From Pseudomonadota bacterium (GTDB lineage: Bacteria > Bdellovibrionota_C > UBA2361 > OMII01): 64,000 nucleotides of DNA. Shown one piece after another: positions 20,254-30,411 of the stretch. The stretch's first letter is position 1, and the number at the start of each line of letters is the position of its first letter. Under the pieces are notes generated by a model. It ran no database searches. It was not told where the DNA came from and worked only from the letters and a program-made list of their open reading frames with translations. The position numbers were made by a program, and so were the translations under genes. The stretch lies in assembly GCA_027485595.1 (NCBI GenBank), contig JAIXQT010000075.1:44589-108588 (forward strand), in the 5' to 3' direction.

Positions 20254-21294
20254 GTGAAAACTATGCAGCGATCCCTCTCGCCCCGCCCTTCTTTACGTAG
20301 TCGGTTGTTGGTCGTTGTGGGATCTGTTGTGCTTGGGCTCGCTTTCTCGCGTGCGGCCGTTTCAGAGTCACGCCCAGTCATATCGATCTCGGCCACCTCG
20401 TATGATTTTGGCACCGTCGCCCAAGGTACAAAGGTTGTTCATGAGTTTGAGGTGAAGAACAAGGGGAACGCCGATCTCGTTATTCAGCGTTTGTCACCCT
20501 CGTGTGGATGCACCGCGACCCAAGTGGCGTCACCAATCATAAAGCCTGGAGGCTCTGAGAAGGTTCGAGTGACCTTTGATACGAGCGGCTTCATGGGGGA
20601 TAAAACAAAGAGCGTTCTTATCGCAAGTAACGATACCAACACTCCCGAAGTTATCGTGACCTTGAAGGGGCAAGTATTGTCGAGCTTCACAGTAGATCCG
20701 GCGCGAGTTGACTTCGGAGAGATATTTCCATCTTCGCCTCTGTCGGACCGGCAGCGAGAGGTAAGCTTCTCGGTTGCCGAGGGTAGTGACCTCAAGATCA
20801 CAAAGGTTACCAGTCTCTCTCCCTACCTCGTGACGACGCCGGTGGTCGCGCAGGGAAATCGAGCGACCGTTACGATTCAGATAGCGCCTACCGCCCCGTT
20901 AGGGGAGTTCCGAGATCGGGTAATTTTTGAGCTTGATGGAGGGCGTCGAGCGTCCGTCAATGTCCCTGTGAACGCCTCCGTTAAAGGAGATCTTCGTGTA
21001 ACGCCAAGCACTATCTCGTTCGGAGTTGTGGATGGACAGGCTTCCCTAGAGCGTCGTGTTCAATTCGAGAATAAGGGGCGTGACGCGGTAACCATTCAAT
21101 CGATCACATCCTCTGACCCAGCGGTTTCCGCGTCGATGGTGGAGGTGCAACCGGGACGTCTTGGTGTACTCATCGTGAAAGTTGATCCTCGTCGGGTGTC
21201 GGGCGATCTCAAGGCCACCGTTGAGGTTAGGACGAATCATGCGACTGAACCAGTGCTCGCAGTAAACGTATTCGGCGTCTTGCCCGCAAAATAG
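20254..21294 (+). CDS. DUF1573 / tandem Ig-like secreted protein
   Basis: DFG...F.VKNKG..L.I...SCGCT; three repeated xFG Ig-like modules. Confidence 0.85.
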   Translation: MKTMQRSLSPRPSLRSRLLVVVGSVVLGLAFSRAAVSESRPVISISATSYDFGTVAQGTKVVHEFEVKNKGNADLVIQRLSPSCGCTATQVASPIIKPGGSEKVRVTFDTSGFMGDKTKSVLIASNDTNTPEVIVTLKGQVLSSFTVDPARVDFGEIFPSSPLSDRQREVSFSVAEGSDLKITKVTSLSPYLVTTPVVAQGNRATVTIQIAPTAPLGEFRDRVIFELDGGRRASVNVPVNASVKGDLRVTPSTISFGVVDGQASLERRVQFENKGRDAVTIQSITSSDPAVSASMVEVQPGRLGVLIVKVDPRRVSGDLKATVEVRTNHATEPVLAVNVFGVLPAK

Positions 21295-21295
21295 C

Positions 21296-23077
21296 TTGAC
21301 CGAAGCTGGTGGATTGAGTCTAACGGAAAGCATGACTCTCCCCGTCACATCCCGTCCTCGGATGATAGCTGTTTTGTGTGTAGCCCGTATCGCTGTACTA
21401 GCGACTCTCTCCCTTTTTATTTCGCAGGCTATTTTACATGGGCACGCGGAAACATTTGAGTACGCGGGGAGAGCATTCAAGGTCGATAGCCTGAGGGATA
21501 TTGATGGGGACAGTGTCGCGCTTGAGGTCAACGGGCAAGAGCTACTCACCTCAAAGTCAACTCTTGGACGCTCGCTCTTCGCGCTCTACGCCCAACAACC
21601 TGAGCTGTTGGAGAAGCAGGGCGTTTTCAGTGGATACGGTTCGTGGGTCGCGACACTCCCATCACGTGGAGACGAGGCGGGAGCTGTTACCGCTGTGGAG
21701 CGGGTCCTTGGCTCTCCTCAGATTGATGTGGTCGGAAAACTGGGTTTTTACGCGGAAGTTGTTTCAACGAAGGATGGCGAGCGTGTGCTAAGCACGGCGG
21801 TTTCTTCGTTGGGTGGAGGCGACGTTGGTGTCTGTGGAGCGTTGGGTTTTCTGAGTTCAGAGAGTCAGCTCTTGCTCAAAGATGCGCAATCTATCGACCG
21901 GGAATGGATAACGATGACCTGCCCACGGTCGCTTGTCGAGCTCGCTCGTCAATTGATGGTAGGGGGAAAAACCGGGTGGGGTATCGATATGTTACGCGCC
22001 GCCGCCATGTTTTCACGTTCCAGCGAGATCGGAGAGGCCGCGAGCACTTCCCTGCAGAGAATCGAGATGCTCGACAAAGCCAGGAATTCTCAGGATCCGG
22101 CGCAGCTAACCTCAGCGCTTGAGGTCGCAAGTTTTGATGCCCTGTTGCGTGAGTACTTTGAGAAAATTCGCCCGGAGGTACTCGATGATTTTAGCGCGCG
22201 GGCCCTTCGGGATGGTAAGCCGATGACCGCTTTGCGGGCGTTGTCGCTCCTTGATTTCTCACTCCGGAATGATGCCCAGCACGAATTGGTGTCTCAGGCT
22301 CTTCATCAGTTGCATTTCGAGGATCGTGAGATCGTGCGTGACCCTGGTGTTCGCGCGTTAGTATGGTCGTACGCCACGAGGGATGACGACATACGGCAGC
22401 GATATATGGCTACCCTTGAGAATTGGATTAACCGTTGCCTTGATGAGGACAATCCTGGGCAGGCGTTGAGTTTGCTCCAGAACCTAACGGAATTAAGACT
22501 CGATCCTTCCCCGGCGAACGACACGCTGCGAGGTGCTATCGCTGAGCATTTTGTGGATAACGGGGACGATGAGGCCGCGAATAGGGTGTTGAGGGATATT
22601 CGAACGGAGTTGCCGTGGGTATATCGATTCCGGCTCCTGCTCAAGCGCGACATGTATGTGTTGATCATGGTGTCGCTTGGTTATGTCGTTGTTGTGCGAT
22701 GGGCTTTCATGCTTATCAATCTGATAAGGCGGAGGAACACCGCGAGAAGGATAGCTCAAGAGGCTGAAAGGAGAGCCGCTGAAATCGCTCAGCGCGAGTG
22801 GTATCACGCTCAATTCGCTGACGACGCCCTCAGAGCTGAGGGGTTTTTGGATATCGACGAATACGCGGCCGGGCTCAAAAAATTCAATCTTTCTCCCGGG
22901 GCGTCATTGAAAGAGATTAAGAACGCGTTTCGGCACGTGGTCAAAACTCTTCATCCGGATCTTAATCCACGGGCGAGTGAGGACGACACTCGGGTGTTTA
23001 TTGATCTTACCAGGACGTACGAGCGACTCCTTGTACTACACGCAGAGCGGGAGCGGCGGGCGACATCGTCGAAGTGA
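21296..23077 (+). CDS. Membrane protein with C-terminal J-domain
   Basis: EIKNAFRHVVKTLHPD J-domain after a TM; helical body; start uncertain. Confidence 0.75.
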   Translation: MTEAGGLSLTESMTLPVTSRPRMIAVLCVARIAVLATLSLFISQAILHGHAETFEYAGRAFKVDSLRDIDGDSVALEVNGQELLTSKSTLGRSLFALYAQQPELLEKQGVFSGYGSWVATLPSRGDEAGAVTAVERVLGSPQIDVVGKLGFYAEVVSTKDGERVLSTAVSSLGGGDVGVCGALGFLSSESQLLLKDAQSIDREWITMTCPRSLVELARQLMVGGKTGWGIDMLRAAAMFSRSSEIGEAASTSLQRIEMLDKARNSQDPAQLTSALEVASFDALLREYFEKIRPEVLDDFSARALRDGKPMTALRALSLLDFSLRNDAQHELVSQALHQLHFEDREIVRDPGVRALVWSYATRDDDIRQRYMATLENWINRCLDEDNPGQALSLLQNLTELRLDPSPANDTLRGAIAEHFVDNGDDEAANRVLRDIRTELPWVYRFRLLLKRDMYVLIMVSLGYVVVVRWAFMLINLIRRRNTARRIAQEAERRAAEIAQREWYHAQFADDALRAEGFLDIDEYAAGLKKFNLSPGASLKEIKNAFRHVVKTLHPDLNPRASEDDTRVFIDLTRTYERLLVLHAERERRATSSK

Positions 23078-23585
23078 TGTGGCCTCTTGGTTGGAGCGAT
23101 TGGTTTCGAGGGCGTTGCGCGCGCATGGTCGGTCGGGAACGCATCGCGCGTCGCAAAGGGGGGCGTCTATCCGTATGGTTGCGTGTTGTTGAGAGCTCTT
23201 TAGTAACGGCCCTAGCATACATGTTCCGCGTAACGACTCGCGATCCGATCAGAGTCCGTTCCTCTGGTGAGAGGTCTCGGTAGAGCGCGCCAGCTTTGAG
23301 CCGGTGAGCGAGTTTTAAATCGTGGTCTACGCGTCGCCAAAAGAGTCTCATGAGTGCGACGTGCAGCGGGGAGGCGGGCTCGAGGTATTCGTTCAGTACA
23401 ACGATGGCCCACCATGGATTGCCATGACAGAGTTGGTGAGAGATGGATTTAAGAATGGGTTGGGTGAGTTTCATATCCCCCCATGAGCAGGCTCTGTGCC
23501 AGCAAGAAGGATCTCTAAGTGCATGTAAATAAAGGGCATTGTTGCCGCTTGCTGAGGCGGTTTGCATCATCCCCTGGGGTGACAT
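23007..23585 (-). CDS. Hypothetical protein (start shortened to avoid the SRP RNA)
   Basis: ORF filling the gap; no recognisable motif. Confidence 0.35.
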   Translation of the reverse strand: MSPQGMMQTASASGNNALYLHALRDPSCWHRACSWGDMKLTQPILKSISHQLCHGNPWWAIVVLNEYLEPASPLHVALMRLFWRRVDHDLKLAHRLKAGALYRDLSPEERTLIGSRVVTRNMYARAVTKELSTTRNHTDRRPPLRRAMRSRPTMRAQRPRNQSLQPRGHITSTMSPAAPALRVVQGVARTSW

Positions 23586-23655
23586 ACTACAGAGCCTGCC
23601 GTTCGCTGTACGGTCATAGAGCTGCTCGTTTATTGATAATTCGGGGCCAGTTTCG

Positions 23656-23684
23656 ATGACAGACGCCGTCATCATGCGTATACT
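23656..23684 (+). promoter_or_regulatory. Sigma70-like promoter of the SRP RNA
   Basis: ATGACA-17 nt-TATACT just before the RNA 5' end. Confidence 0.6.
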
Positions 23685-23688
23685 TCTG

Positions 23689-23787
23689 AGCGACGATCGG
23701 AGCACGCGAGAGAGTGTACGAACCCGGCCAGGATCGGAAGATAGCAACCGCACTACATGTATCTGTGATGTGTTTCCGGTCGTCGTT
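23689..23787 (+). ncRNA. ffs: Signal recognition particle RNA (small, 4.5S type)
   Basis: Helix 8 CGG-CCAGG-ATC-GGAA-GAT-AGCAA-CCG; terminal stem GCGACGATCGGA/TCCGGTCGTCGT; common position upstream of dnaX. Confidence 0.88.
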
Positions 23788-23903
23788 TGTACGAGGCGTT
23801 CCAAAATAATCCCATCCTCATAGCTCGTTGCGCAAAGTTCTTGATGCGAATTCGTACAAGACTGAGTATCGTGTAGAAGCTTGTTTGTTTTTGGAAAACG
23901 AGA

Positions 23904-25604
23904 GTGTCCTACCTAGTCCTTGCCAGAAAATATCGCCCATCGGTTTTTAGTTCCGTCAGTGGACAAGAGCATGTCACCCGAACGCTCGCAAACGCGCTGA
24001 AACGGGATAAGGTAGTTCACGCGTATCTCTTCACTGGACCGAGAGGGGTTGGAAAGACCTCCGTGTCTCGAATCCTCGCTAAAGCCATCAATTGCCAAAA
24101 TCCTCAGGATGCTGAGCCGTGTCTGGAATGTCCAACTTGCCTTGAGATCGGGGCGGGAACCAGCCTTGCGGTTCGAGAGATCGACGGAGCCTCGCATAAT
24201 AGCGTTGAGAACGTTCGCGATCTGATGGATTCGTTCAAGTCGCTTCCACCTCCTGGCTACAAGCGAAAGATCTACATCATCGACGAGGTGCACATGTTGA
24301 GCATCTCGGCGTTTAACGCGCTTTTGAAGAGCTTAGAGGAGCCTCCTCCTCATACTGTGTTCATCCTCGCCACCACAGATGTTCATAAGATTCCAGAGAC
24401 CGTTATCTCGCGGTGTCAGCGCCACGATTTTAGAGCGCTCAGCATGGCGGCTATTGAAGCGCGATTGCGTGAGGTGTGTGACGCCGAGAAGATTGAGGCT
24501 GACTCGGAGTCGTTAAAATTAGTCGCGCGCATGGCGGATGGATCGATGCGTGACGCACAGACCCTACTTGATAGGGTACAGAGTTTTTGTGAGGGGGGCA
24601 TCTCTGCCTCGGAGACTAGTCGAGCGCTTGGGACCGTTGATCAGCGGATCTTGTTTGAGCTTGCACAGGCGATCATCGCTCGGGATACGGCGACCGTACT
24701 GGGAAGAGCCTCTGACATATTCGCGACAGGGATTGATCCCTCAACGCTTCTTCGAGAGTTTGTTCACTTTTGGCGAGAGGCGTTTGTCGCCAAGTTAGGC
24801 GGTGAGAACGCGCTTCTCGGCTTGGGTTTAGGTAAGGACGCAACCGTTGAGTTGCTCAGGCTCGTCTCGTCCCTTGAGGCGACCGACATGCAAGACCTGT
24901 GGGATGTCGCTCGCGATGGCGCTGATAGAGCGCTTCGCTCAGCTCATCCTCGATATGGCTTTGAGGCGCTCGTCGCTCGTATGGCGACACGACAACCGGT
25001 AGCTGAGATCGGGGCGATTATAGGTCGTCTCATGAGCGGTGGGGATGAGCGTAAAGCTGGCGCTCCAACTCCTCCGCGTAGTGGCGCATCAAGTGCTCCT
25101 GTTCAAACAGCTCCACGTGAACCGGCCGTGCCTCGATCCGCCGCTCCAGAGCCGGTAGCCTCTTCAAGCGCCGTCGCCTCCCCTCCCATGGCCGGTGCGA
25201 TGATTGCTGGAAGCGCCGGGTTTGCGTGGGAGGAGATCGTCGCGTTCGCCTCGGACACCACAGGTCGAGTGTTTGTTGAGAATTTGAAGCGGCTTCGACC
25301 GACCCGGTGTGAGGTCGGTGTGTTTGAGGCGGTTGGTCCGGAGTTTACCGCAACGAGTTTGATGCGGGAAAAAGACAAGGTCATCGAGATCTTCAATCAG
25401 TATCTTGATAAGCAGGGAGCGGCGCGTCCGCGGGCTTGGAAGGTGGTGATTCAGAAGGGGCAGGGGGCGGTCGAGGTGTCGGTGTCTGAGAAGGCGCAGG
25501 CGAAGGCACAAGGCGAGCGAGAGCTGCATGGACATCCGGCGGTGCAGAGCTTGCAGAAGATATTCCCGGGCAGCAAGGTCGAGCAGGTCAGGGGAAAAGA
25601 ATAA
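23904..25604 (+). CDS. dnaX: DNA polymerase III subunit gamma/tau
   Basis: LARKYRP, GPRGVGKT, Zn cysteines, IDEVHML, SRC. Confidence 0.97.
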   Translation: MSYLVLARKYRPSVFSSVSGQEHVTRTLANALKRDKVVHAYLFTGPRGVGKTSVSRILAKAINCQNPQDAEPCLECPTCLEIGAGTSLAVREIDGASHNSVENVRDLMDSFKSLPPPGYKRKIYIIDEVHMLSISAFNALLKSLEEPPPHTVFILATTDVHKIPETVISRCQRHDFRALSMAAIEARLREVCDAEKIEADSESLKLVARMADGSMRDAQTLLDRVQSFCEGGISASETSRALGTVDQRILFELAQAIIARDTATVLGRASDIFATGIDPSTLLREFVHFWREAFVAKLGGENALLGLGLGKDATVELLRLVSSLEATDMQDLWDVARDGADRALRSAHPRYGFEALVARMATRQPVAEIGAIIGRLMSGGDERKAGAPTPPRSGASSAPVQTAPREPAVPRSAAPEPVASSSAVASPPMAGAMIAGSAGFAWEEIVAFASDTTGRVFVENLKRLRPTRCEVGVFEAVGPEFTATSLMREKDKVIEIFNQYLDKQGAARPRAWKVVIQKGQGAVEVSVSEKAQAKAQGERELHGHPAVQSLQKIFPGSKVEQVRGKE

Positions 25605-25637
25605 TTTAACTCACTCATTATTGTGGAGATTGGTGGT

Positions 25638-25979
25638 ATGGCGAAGGGCTTTAATGGCTTTCCAGGTGGCGGCAATATGCAGGCGCTTCTTCAGCAGGCG
25701 CAAAAAATGCAGCGTGATATGCAGGTCGCGCAGGCTCACGCCGAGGCGTTTGAGGCGGAAGGTTCCGTTGGTGGCGGTGCGGTAAAGATCAAGGTAAATG
25801 GTAAGTATGAGGTGCTCGCCGTTGAGATTAAGCCTGAAGCGGTTGATCCTTCGAGCGTTGATCTCCTCCAAGATATGGTTAAGTCAGCGGCTAACGAAGC
25901 TATTGCTAAAATTAGGAGCAATACCGATGCGGCACTTTCTAAGGTTACCGGTGGAATGAGCATTCCTGGATTGTCTTAG
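25638..25979 (+). CDS. ybaB: YbaB/EbfC nucleoid-associated protein
   Basis: QAQKMQ, GGGAV, LLQDMV; dnaX-ybaB-recR synteny. Confidence 0.93.
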   Translation: MAKGFNGFPGGGNMQALLQQAQKMQRDMQVAQAHAEAFEAEGSVGGGAVKIKVNGKYEVLAVEIKPEAVDPSSVDLLQDMVKSAANEAIAKIRSNTDAALSKVTGGMSIPGLS

Positions 25980-26163
25980 CAGGGTGGTGAAAAATGATTT
26001 CCCGTTGCGCCTTTCGATGGTTTGACTCCAACTTCGTTGGAGCCAACGAAAAAATCCTCGACGTATCTCAGTGGATACGCCTCCGGTTTTTTCGTCGTCT
26101 CCGCCTCGTTTCGCCGAAACCCTCAAAATGCTCACGGCGGAACCGTTTTTCACCACCCTGCTA
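25977..26163. mobile_element. MITE-like element with perfect terminal inverted repeats and TA flanks
   Basis: TAGCAGGGTGGTGAAAAA (25977-25994) and TTTTTCACCACCCTGCTA (26146-26163); no internal transposase. Confidence 0.8.
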
Positions 26164-26173
26164 GGAGGCTTCG

Positions 26174-26779
26174 ATGCTAGTATTTCCTCCCGCTCTTCAA
26201 CGTTTGATCAAGGAGCTCTCGAAGCTCCCCTCAGTCGGTGAGAAGACCGCGACCCGGTTGGCGTATCATCTGATTGCGAACGATCGAGATCTCGCTCGGT
26301 CTCTTGGAGCTGCATTGCAACAAGCCGCGCACGATGTGCGGCTATGCGAGCGATGTTTCTTCTTGAGTGAGGAATCGTTGTGCTCACTGTGTCGAAATGC
26401 ATCTCGAGACCCATCGTTGCTGTGCGTTGTTGAGAAACCGGTCGACCTGGTTGCCATTGAGCGAGGAGGGGAGTTCAAGGGGCTCTATCACATCCTTCAC
26501 GGTCTCTGGGCGCCTCTCAGAGGACAGGGCCCTGACAGCATGAAGCTTAAGGAGCTCATGGATCGGGTCCGAGGTGGGGCGGTATCGGAGGTCATCTTGG
26601 CCACGAGTGCCACGGTTGAGGGGGACGCAACAGCGCTCTACATCGGCCGTATGTTGGCGGATTTGGGCATCAAAACGACTCGACCCGCGCAAGGCATACC
26701 CAAGGGCGGGGAGCTGGAATACGCTGATGACGTTACCCTTTCTCGGGCTTTTGCCGCTCGAAATACCTTGCAGTTTTAG
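26174..26779 (+). CDS. recR: Recombination mediator RecR
   Basis: LPSVGEKTA HhH, C4 Zn finger, CVVE, EGDATA, ELEYAD. Confidence 0.96.
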   Translation: MLVFPPALQRLIKELSKLPSVGEKTATRLAYHLIANDRDLARSLGAALQQAAHDVRLCERCFFLSEESLCSLCRNASRDPSLLCVVEKPVDLVAIERGGEFKGLYHILHGLWAPLRGQGPDSMKLKELMDRVRGGAVSEVILATSATVEGDATALYIGRMLADLGIKTTRPAQGIPKGGELEYADDVTLSRAFAARNTLQF

Positions 26780-26877
26780 TGAGTTTTTTCAGCTGGTTTT
26801 GGCCATGTTTCTGACAAAAGAAGGGTGTGGGTATCTTGACTTTCACGCCCTTTGAGCGATTATAGACCGGTCAATTT

Positions 26878-26953
26878 TCCCCGGTAGCTCAGTTGGTAGA
26901 GCAGGCGGCTGTTAACCGCCTTGTCGGGGGTTCGAGTCCCTCCCGGGGAGCCA
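26878..26953 (+). tRNA. tRNA-Asn (GTT)
   Basis: 76-nt cloverleaf; acceptor TCCCCGG/CCGGGGA, anticodon arm GGCGG-CTGTTAA-CCGCC, TTCGA T-loop, encoded CCA. Confidence 0.97.
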
Positions 26954-27241
26954 TTTGTCCGAACAGGACCGATAGGCTCCTCTTTTTTTATCCATACATT
27001 CATTCGGTATGCCCCGCGTCCATTCGGAGGGCGACTGTCCACGGTCGCCGAAATGTCGCGCATCGTACATGACGTTCGCCCTACGCAACGACTCGGCGGT
27101 CGGGGACCCGCCTTCGCTTCGCTACGTCGAGGCAAGCCGGTCGCCGTAATTCCGTGATCCCATGCCCCCTTCGCCAAGGATGGCAGAAATCGCGCATCTC
27201 GGGCATCGTAGGAGCGTACAGTTTTTGAACCGGTTCGTAGT

Positions 27242-27937
27242 ATGGACGCTGAATTTCTCGCTATCGCCCTCATTTGGTACGTTGCATTTCTCTTTAGCAC
27301 GGTATGCCATGAAGCGGCGCACGCTTTAGTGGCGAAGTGGGGGGGGGATCTCACCGCGTACGCTGGTGGGCACGTCACCTTAGATCCTATCCCTCACATC
27401 AAACGGGAACCGTTAGGTTTGGTAGTTATACCGTGGCTATGTCTGATCGCCTCGCAGGGAACAAGCTTGTTCGGCTGGGGAAGCGCTCCGTTTGATCCAT
27501 ATTGGCAGATTCGATACCCCAAGCGCGCCGCCCTCATGGCGCTCGCTGGTCCAGTGAGTAATTTTCTTATCGCGCTCATCGCGGCGGTTCTGATGCATAT
27601 CGGTATCTCCGCGGGCGTGTTTACCCTGACTTTTTCTCCAGTCGTTGCGTCAACCGCGGGTGGTTTTCTCGATGGCGCGGCGATGTTTCTGAGCGTTCTT
27701 TTTATCCTCAACATTATCCTCGGAGTTTTCAATCTTCTACCGATTCCACCCTTGGATGGATATTCCGTCCTGGGGCTCTTCGTGCCGGAGCGGACCTACT
27801 TACAACTTCTCGAATTCGCAAGAGGATCGGGTTTTTCCATTCTCGGCATTATCGTCGCCTACCAGCTTTTTCCACACCTGGTTCGACCGGTACTAAGCTG
27901 GGCCATGTATCTCTTCATGCTACCGCTTGTCCCGTAG
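27242..27937 (+). CDS. Site-2 protease (peptidase M50)
   Basis: HEAAH, AGPVSN, FNLLPIPPLDG. Confidence 0.93.
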   Translation: MDAEFLAIALIWYVAFLFSTVCHEAAHALVAKWGGDLTAYAGGHVTLDPIPHIKREPLGLVVIPWLCLIASQGTSLFGWGSAPFDPYWQIRYPKRAALMALAGPVSNFLIALIAAVLMHIGISAGVFTLTFSPVVASTAGGFLDGAAMFLSVLFILNIILGVFNLLPIPPLDGYSVLGLFVPERTYLQLLEFARGSGFSILGIIVAYQLFPHLVRPVLSWAMYLFMLPLVP

Positions 27938-28762
27938 CGTTCTTCGGCGCGTTCGTGGTGTCGGCTGACAGGTGGGGCATACGTGAGTTCCACGTTGTCC
28001 TACTACGATACGCATGATCGTATCGCGACACCGCGAGCACTTCTTCTCCTCTCGCCCGTAGACGCGAGGTTTGTACATACCTCCGTCAACCACGCCATCT
28101 CCGAAGTCGCACCCAAGCTTTTCGATCGCTTCGATGAGAGTTTCTTGAATCGCTTTGTGGAGTTTTAAAAAATGCTCGGCAGACAGAGAGGACGCGCGGG
28201 TGAGAGGGTGAACTTTGATCTTCCACAACACCTCATCAACGTAAATGTTTCCCAGCCCCGCAATGACAGTTTGGTCAAGGAGAACCGGTTTAATCCTTCC
28301 AGATTTTTGGGAGAGGATCATGTGAAGCGCCGCTGGTGTGCATGAGGGAGCGAGGGGCTCAAGGCCGAGGTGCCCCACCACATCGTCCGGATCTTCACAG
28401 AGAGTCATCCGACCGAACTTTCGAGTATCGTTAAATCGGATACTCTTTCCTGAGTCGAGTTCAAGGCAGACCCTGTCGTGTCGATCGATCTCGAAATCGG
28501 TTGGAATGACGTCGAGGGATCCACTCATTCGAAGGTGGGTAAACAGATAGAGAGGACTCTGAGAGTCAAGTCGCATGCCGATGTACTTACCGCGACGAAA
28601 GACTGAAGAGATCTTCGTTCCCGTGATCTGATGCAGAAAAGCGGCGGGGGCTTGGGGAGAAACGGTTCGTGCCCACGAGACATGACCACGCACGATCGTC
28701 GCTCCTTCGACGCGCTCGCGCACATAATCAACGGTTGCTTGTACCTCTGGAAGTTCGGGCAT
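27920..28762 (-). CDS. mutM: Formamidopyrimidine-DNA glycosylase
   Basis: MPELPEV, RRGKY, HLRMSG, GLGNIYVDE, C-terminal C4 finger. Confidence 0.96.
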   Translation of the reverse strand: MPELPEVQATVDYVRERVEGATIVRGHVSWARTVSPQAPAAFLHQITGTKISSVFRRGKYIGMRLDSQSPLYLFTHLRMSGSLDVIPTDFEIDRHDRVCLELDSGKSIRFNDTRKFGRMTLCEDPDDVVGHLGLEPLAPSCTPAALHMILSQKSGRIKPVLLDQTVIAGLGNIYVDEVLWKIKVHPLTRASSLSAEHFLKLHKAIQETLIEAIEKLGCDFGDGVVDGGMYKPRVYGREEKKCSRCRDTIMRIVVGQRGTHVCPTCQPTPRTRRRTLRDKR

Positions 28763-28990
28763 AACGGCCTGGTTTGATGGGGGAGTATAGCTGTTTTATC
28801 GCATCAGAGGGAGGCGATCGGCGAGTGAACTTCCCAACTTGTTGGATTTACTACGAGGTCGGGTCGCCACGGATACGCCACGATCGTATCAGCTCGGTAA
28901 GTCCTTATTTTAATCAGAGTTTCTGCCGATTTTCAGCTATGGAGGCCTTTTTTGCCGATGCGCATCGTTCACCGATATCAAAGCGAGCAG

Positions 28991-30409
28991 ATGAATATCG
29001 AGTTGTCGATCTCTGACGACAGGCTCAAGCTGTTCGCCAAGGTGGTACCGCAGCCTAAGCATGAGGAGGCGAACGAAGGTATCCTGATAGAGGAGTTGCT
29101 TAAAGTAACTCAGGGCGAGCTCATAGAGCGGGATGTCGTCGAAGATATCATCCGTCAACTTCATGAGAACAAAGGGTGTGAGGGAAGAAGGGTCGCCAAG
29201 GGGCAGCCACCCGTTTTGGGGCGTGATGGAAAGATCGTGTGGCTTGTTCGTCGTTTCCGGCAGGGTTCGGCGGTTTCATCAAGTAGAGAGCTCGCGGACT
29301 TCTATAACTTGGGTCTCTTTGAAAATATCGAGGCGGGACGGGAGGTGGCGCGTGTGTATAAGCCATCTGAAGGGCAACCCGGAATTGATGTGATGGGCGT
29401 TCCTATCGCTTCGAAAGCTGGAAAGCCGGTGGCCGAAAGATTCGACAAAACGCTTGAATTTAAACCTGATGAGCAGCGAGATGACTATCAGACTCTGCTA
29501 GCTGCGGTTACCGGCTACGCTCACGAGGAGAACGGAAAAGTTTCGATTCGAAATACCCTGAATATCGCCGGAAATCTCGACTACGAGATGGGGCACATCG
29601 ATTTTATCGGTAATGTTCGGGTGGGAGGTGACGTTCAAAAGGGCTTTCACATAAAGGCGCGGGGCGACATAGAGGTTGCTGGCTCAGTTCTAGGCGAGAA
29701 TCAGCTGACAAGCGATGGATCGATTACGATCCGGGGTTTTCATCAAGGGGGAGAGGGCTCCATTCTTCGAGCTCGTAATAACTATTCCGTGGGACTGGTG
29801 CAGAACGTCACCGCCGACGTTGGCGGCAGTATTACCATTCTCAAAGAGGCCCGGGACTGCTCGTTTCGAGCCTCCGCGGCGGTCATAGCGTCGCAGGCGA
29901 CGATTGTCGGCGGTACAATCTGGTGCGTGAAAGGTTTGGAGGCAAAGATACTTGGCAACCCTGCTGGCGTCAGGACGATCGTTGAGCTTCGAAACGAGTT
30001 GGAAGTCACGCCAGAGTATCGGCGTGTCGAGGAAAGTATCAAAAAGCATGAAGTCGCTATCGCCGCGCTTGAGCTTCACATCGGCCCGTATCTCCGGAAT
30101 CGAAAGCGAGTGCCCCTTCTTGCCGCGAAATTCAAGATGAAGATTACTGAGCTGCTCAATAAGTACGACGGAGTGCAGGCATCTCTTACGAAACTGCAGG
30201 AGTCGTTACAACAGATGCATGAATCGAAGCCTACGGAGGAGTCATCGCGAGTCAACGTTCTCGGGATGGCGTACGCAGGTGTGGTGTTAAGCGCCGCCAC
30301 CACGAAGACACAATTTCAGGAGAATAAGCAGGGGCCTCTTAGCTTTAAGCCGGATCCGGCGGGAGCTGAGTGGGTTTCAGTGCCGTATGAACCATTGCTA
30401 AAGGGATAG
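28991..30409 (+). CDS. DUF342 (FapA-family) protein
   Basis: VAKGQPPVLGRDG, GQPGIDVMG, GHIDFIGNVRVGGDV, beta-helix followed by coiled coil; start uncertain. Confidence 0.85.
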   Translation: MNIELSISDDRLKLFAKVVPQPKHEEANEGILIEELLKVTQGELIERDVVEDIIRQLHENKGCEGRRVAKGQPPVLGRDGKIVWLVRRFRQGSAVSSSRELADFYNLGLFENIEAGREVARVYKPSEGQPGIDVMGVPIASKAGKPVAERFDKTLEFKPDEQRDDYQTLLAAVTGYAHEENGKVSIRNTLNIAGNLDYEMGHIDFIGNVRVGGDVQKGFHIKARGDIEVAGSVLGENQLTSDGSITIRGFHQGGEGSILRARNNYSVGLVQNVTADVGGSITILKEARDCSFRASAAVIASQATIVGGTIWCVKGLEAKILGNPAGVRTIVELRNELEVTPEYRRVEESIKKHEVAIAALELHIGPYLRNRKRVPLLAAKFKMKITELLNKYDGVQASLTKLQESLQQMHESKPTEESSRVNVLGMAYAGVVLSAATTKTQFQENKQGPLSFKPDPAGAEWVSVPYEPLLKG

Positions 30410-30411
30410 GT

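Noticed and set aside
23586-23804. 5' extension of ORF 23007..23804
   Set aside because: Overlaps the SRP RNA and its promoter
25360-25380. dnaX programmed -1 frameshift site
   Set aside because: Only GGAAAAAG; no A-AAA-AAG heptamer or long A run
26878-27240. Integrative element at tRNA-Asn
   Set aside because: No integrase and no duplicated tRNA 3' end seen
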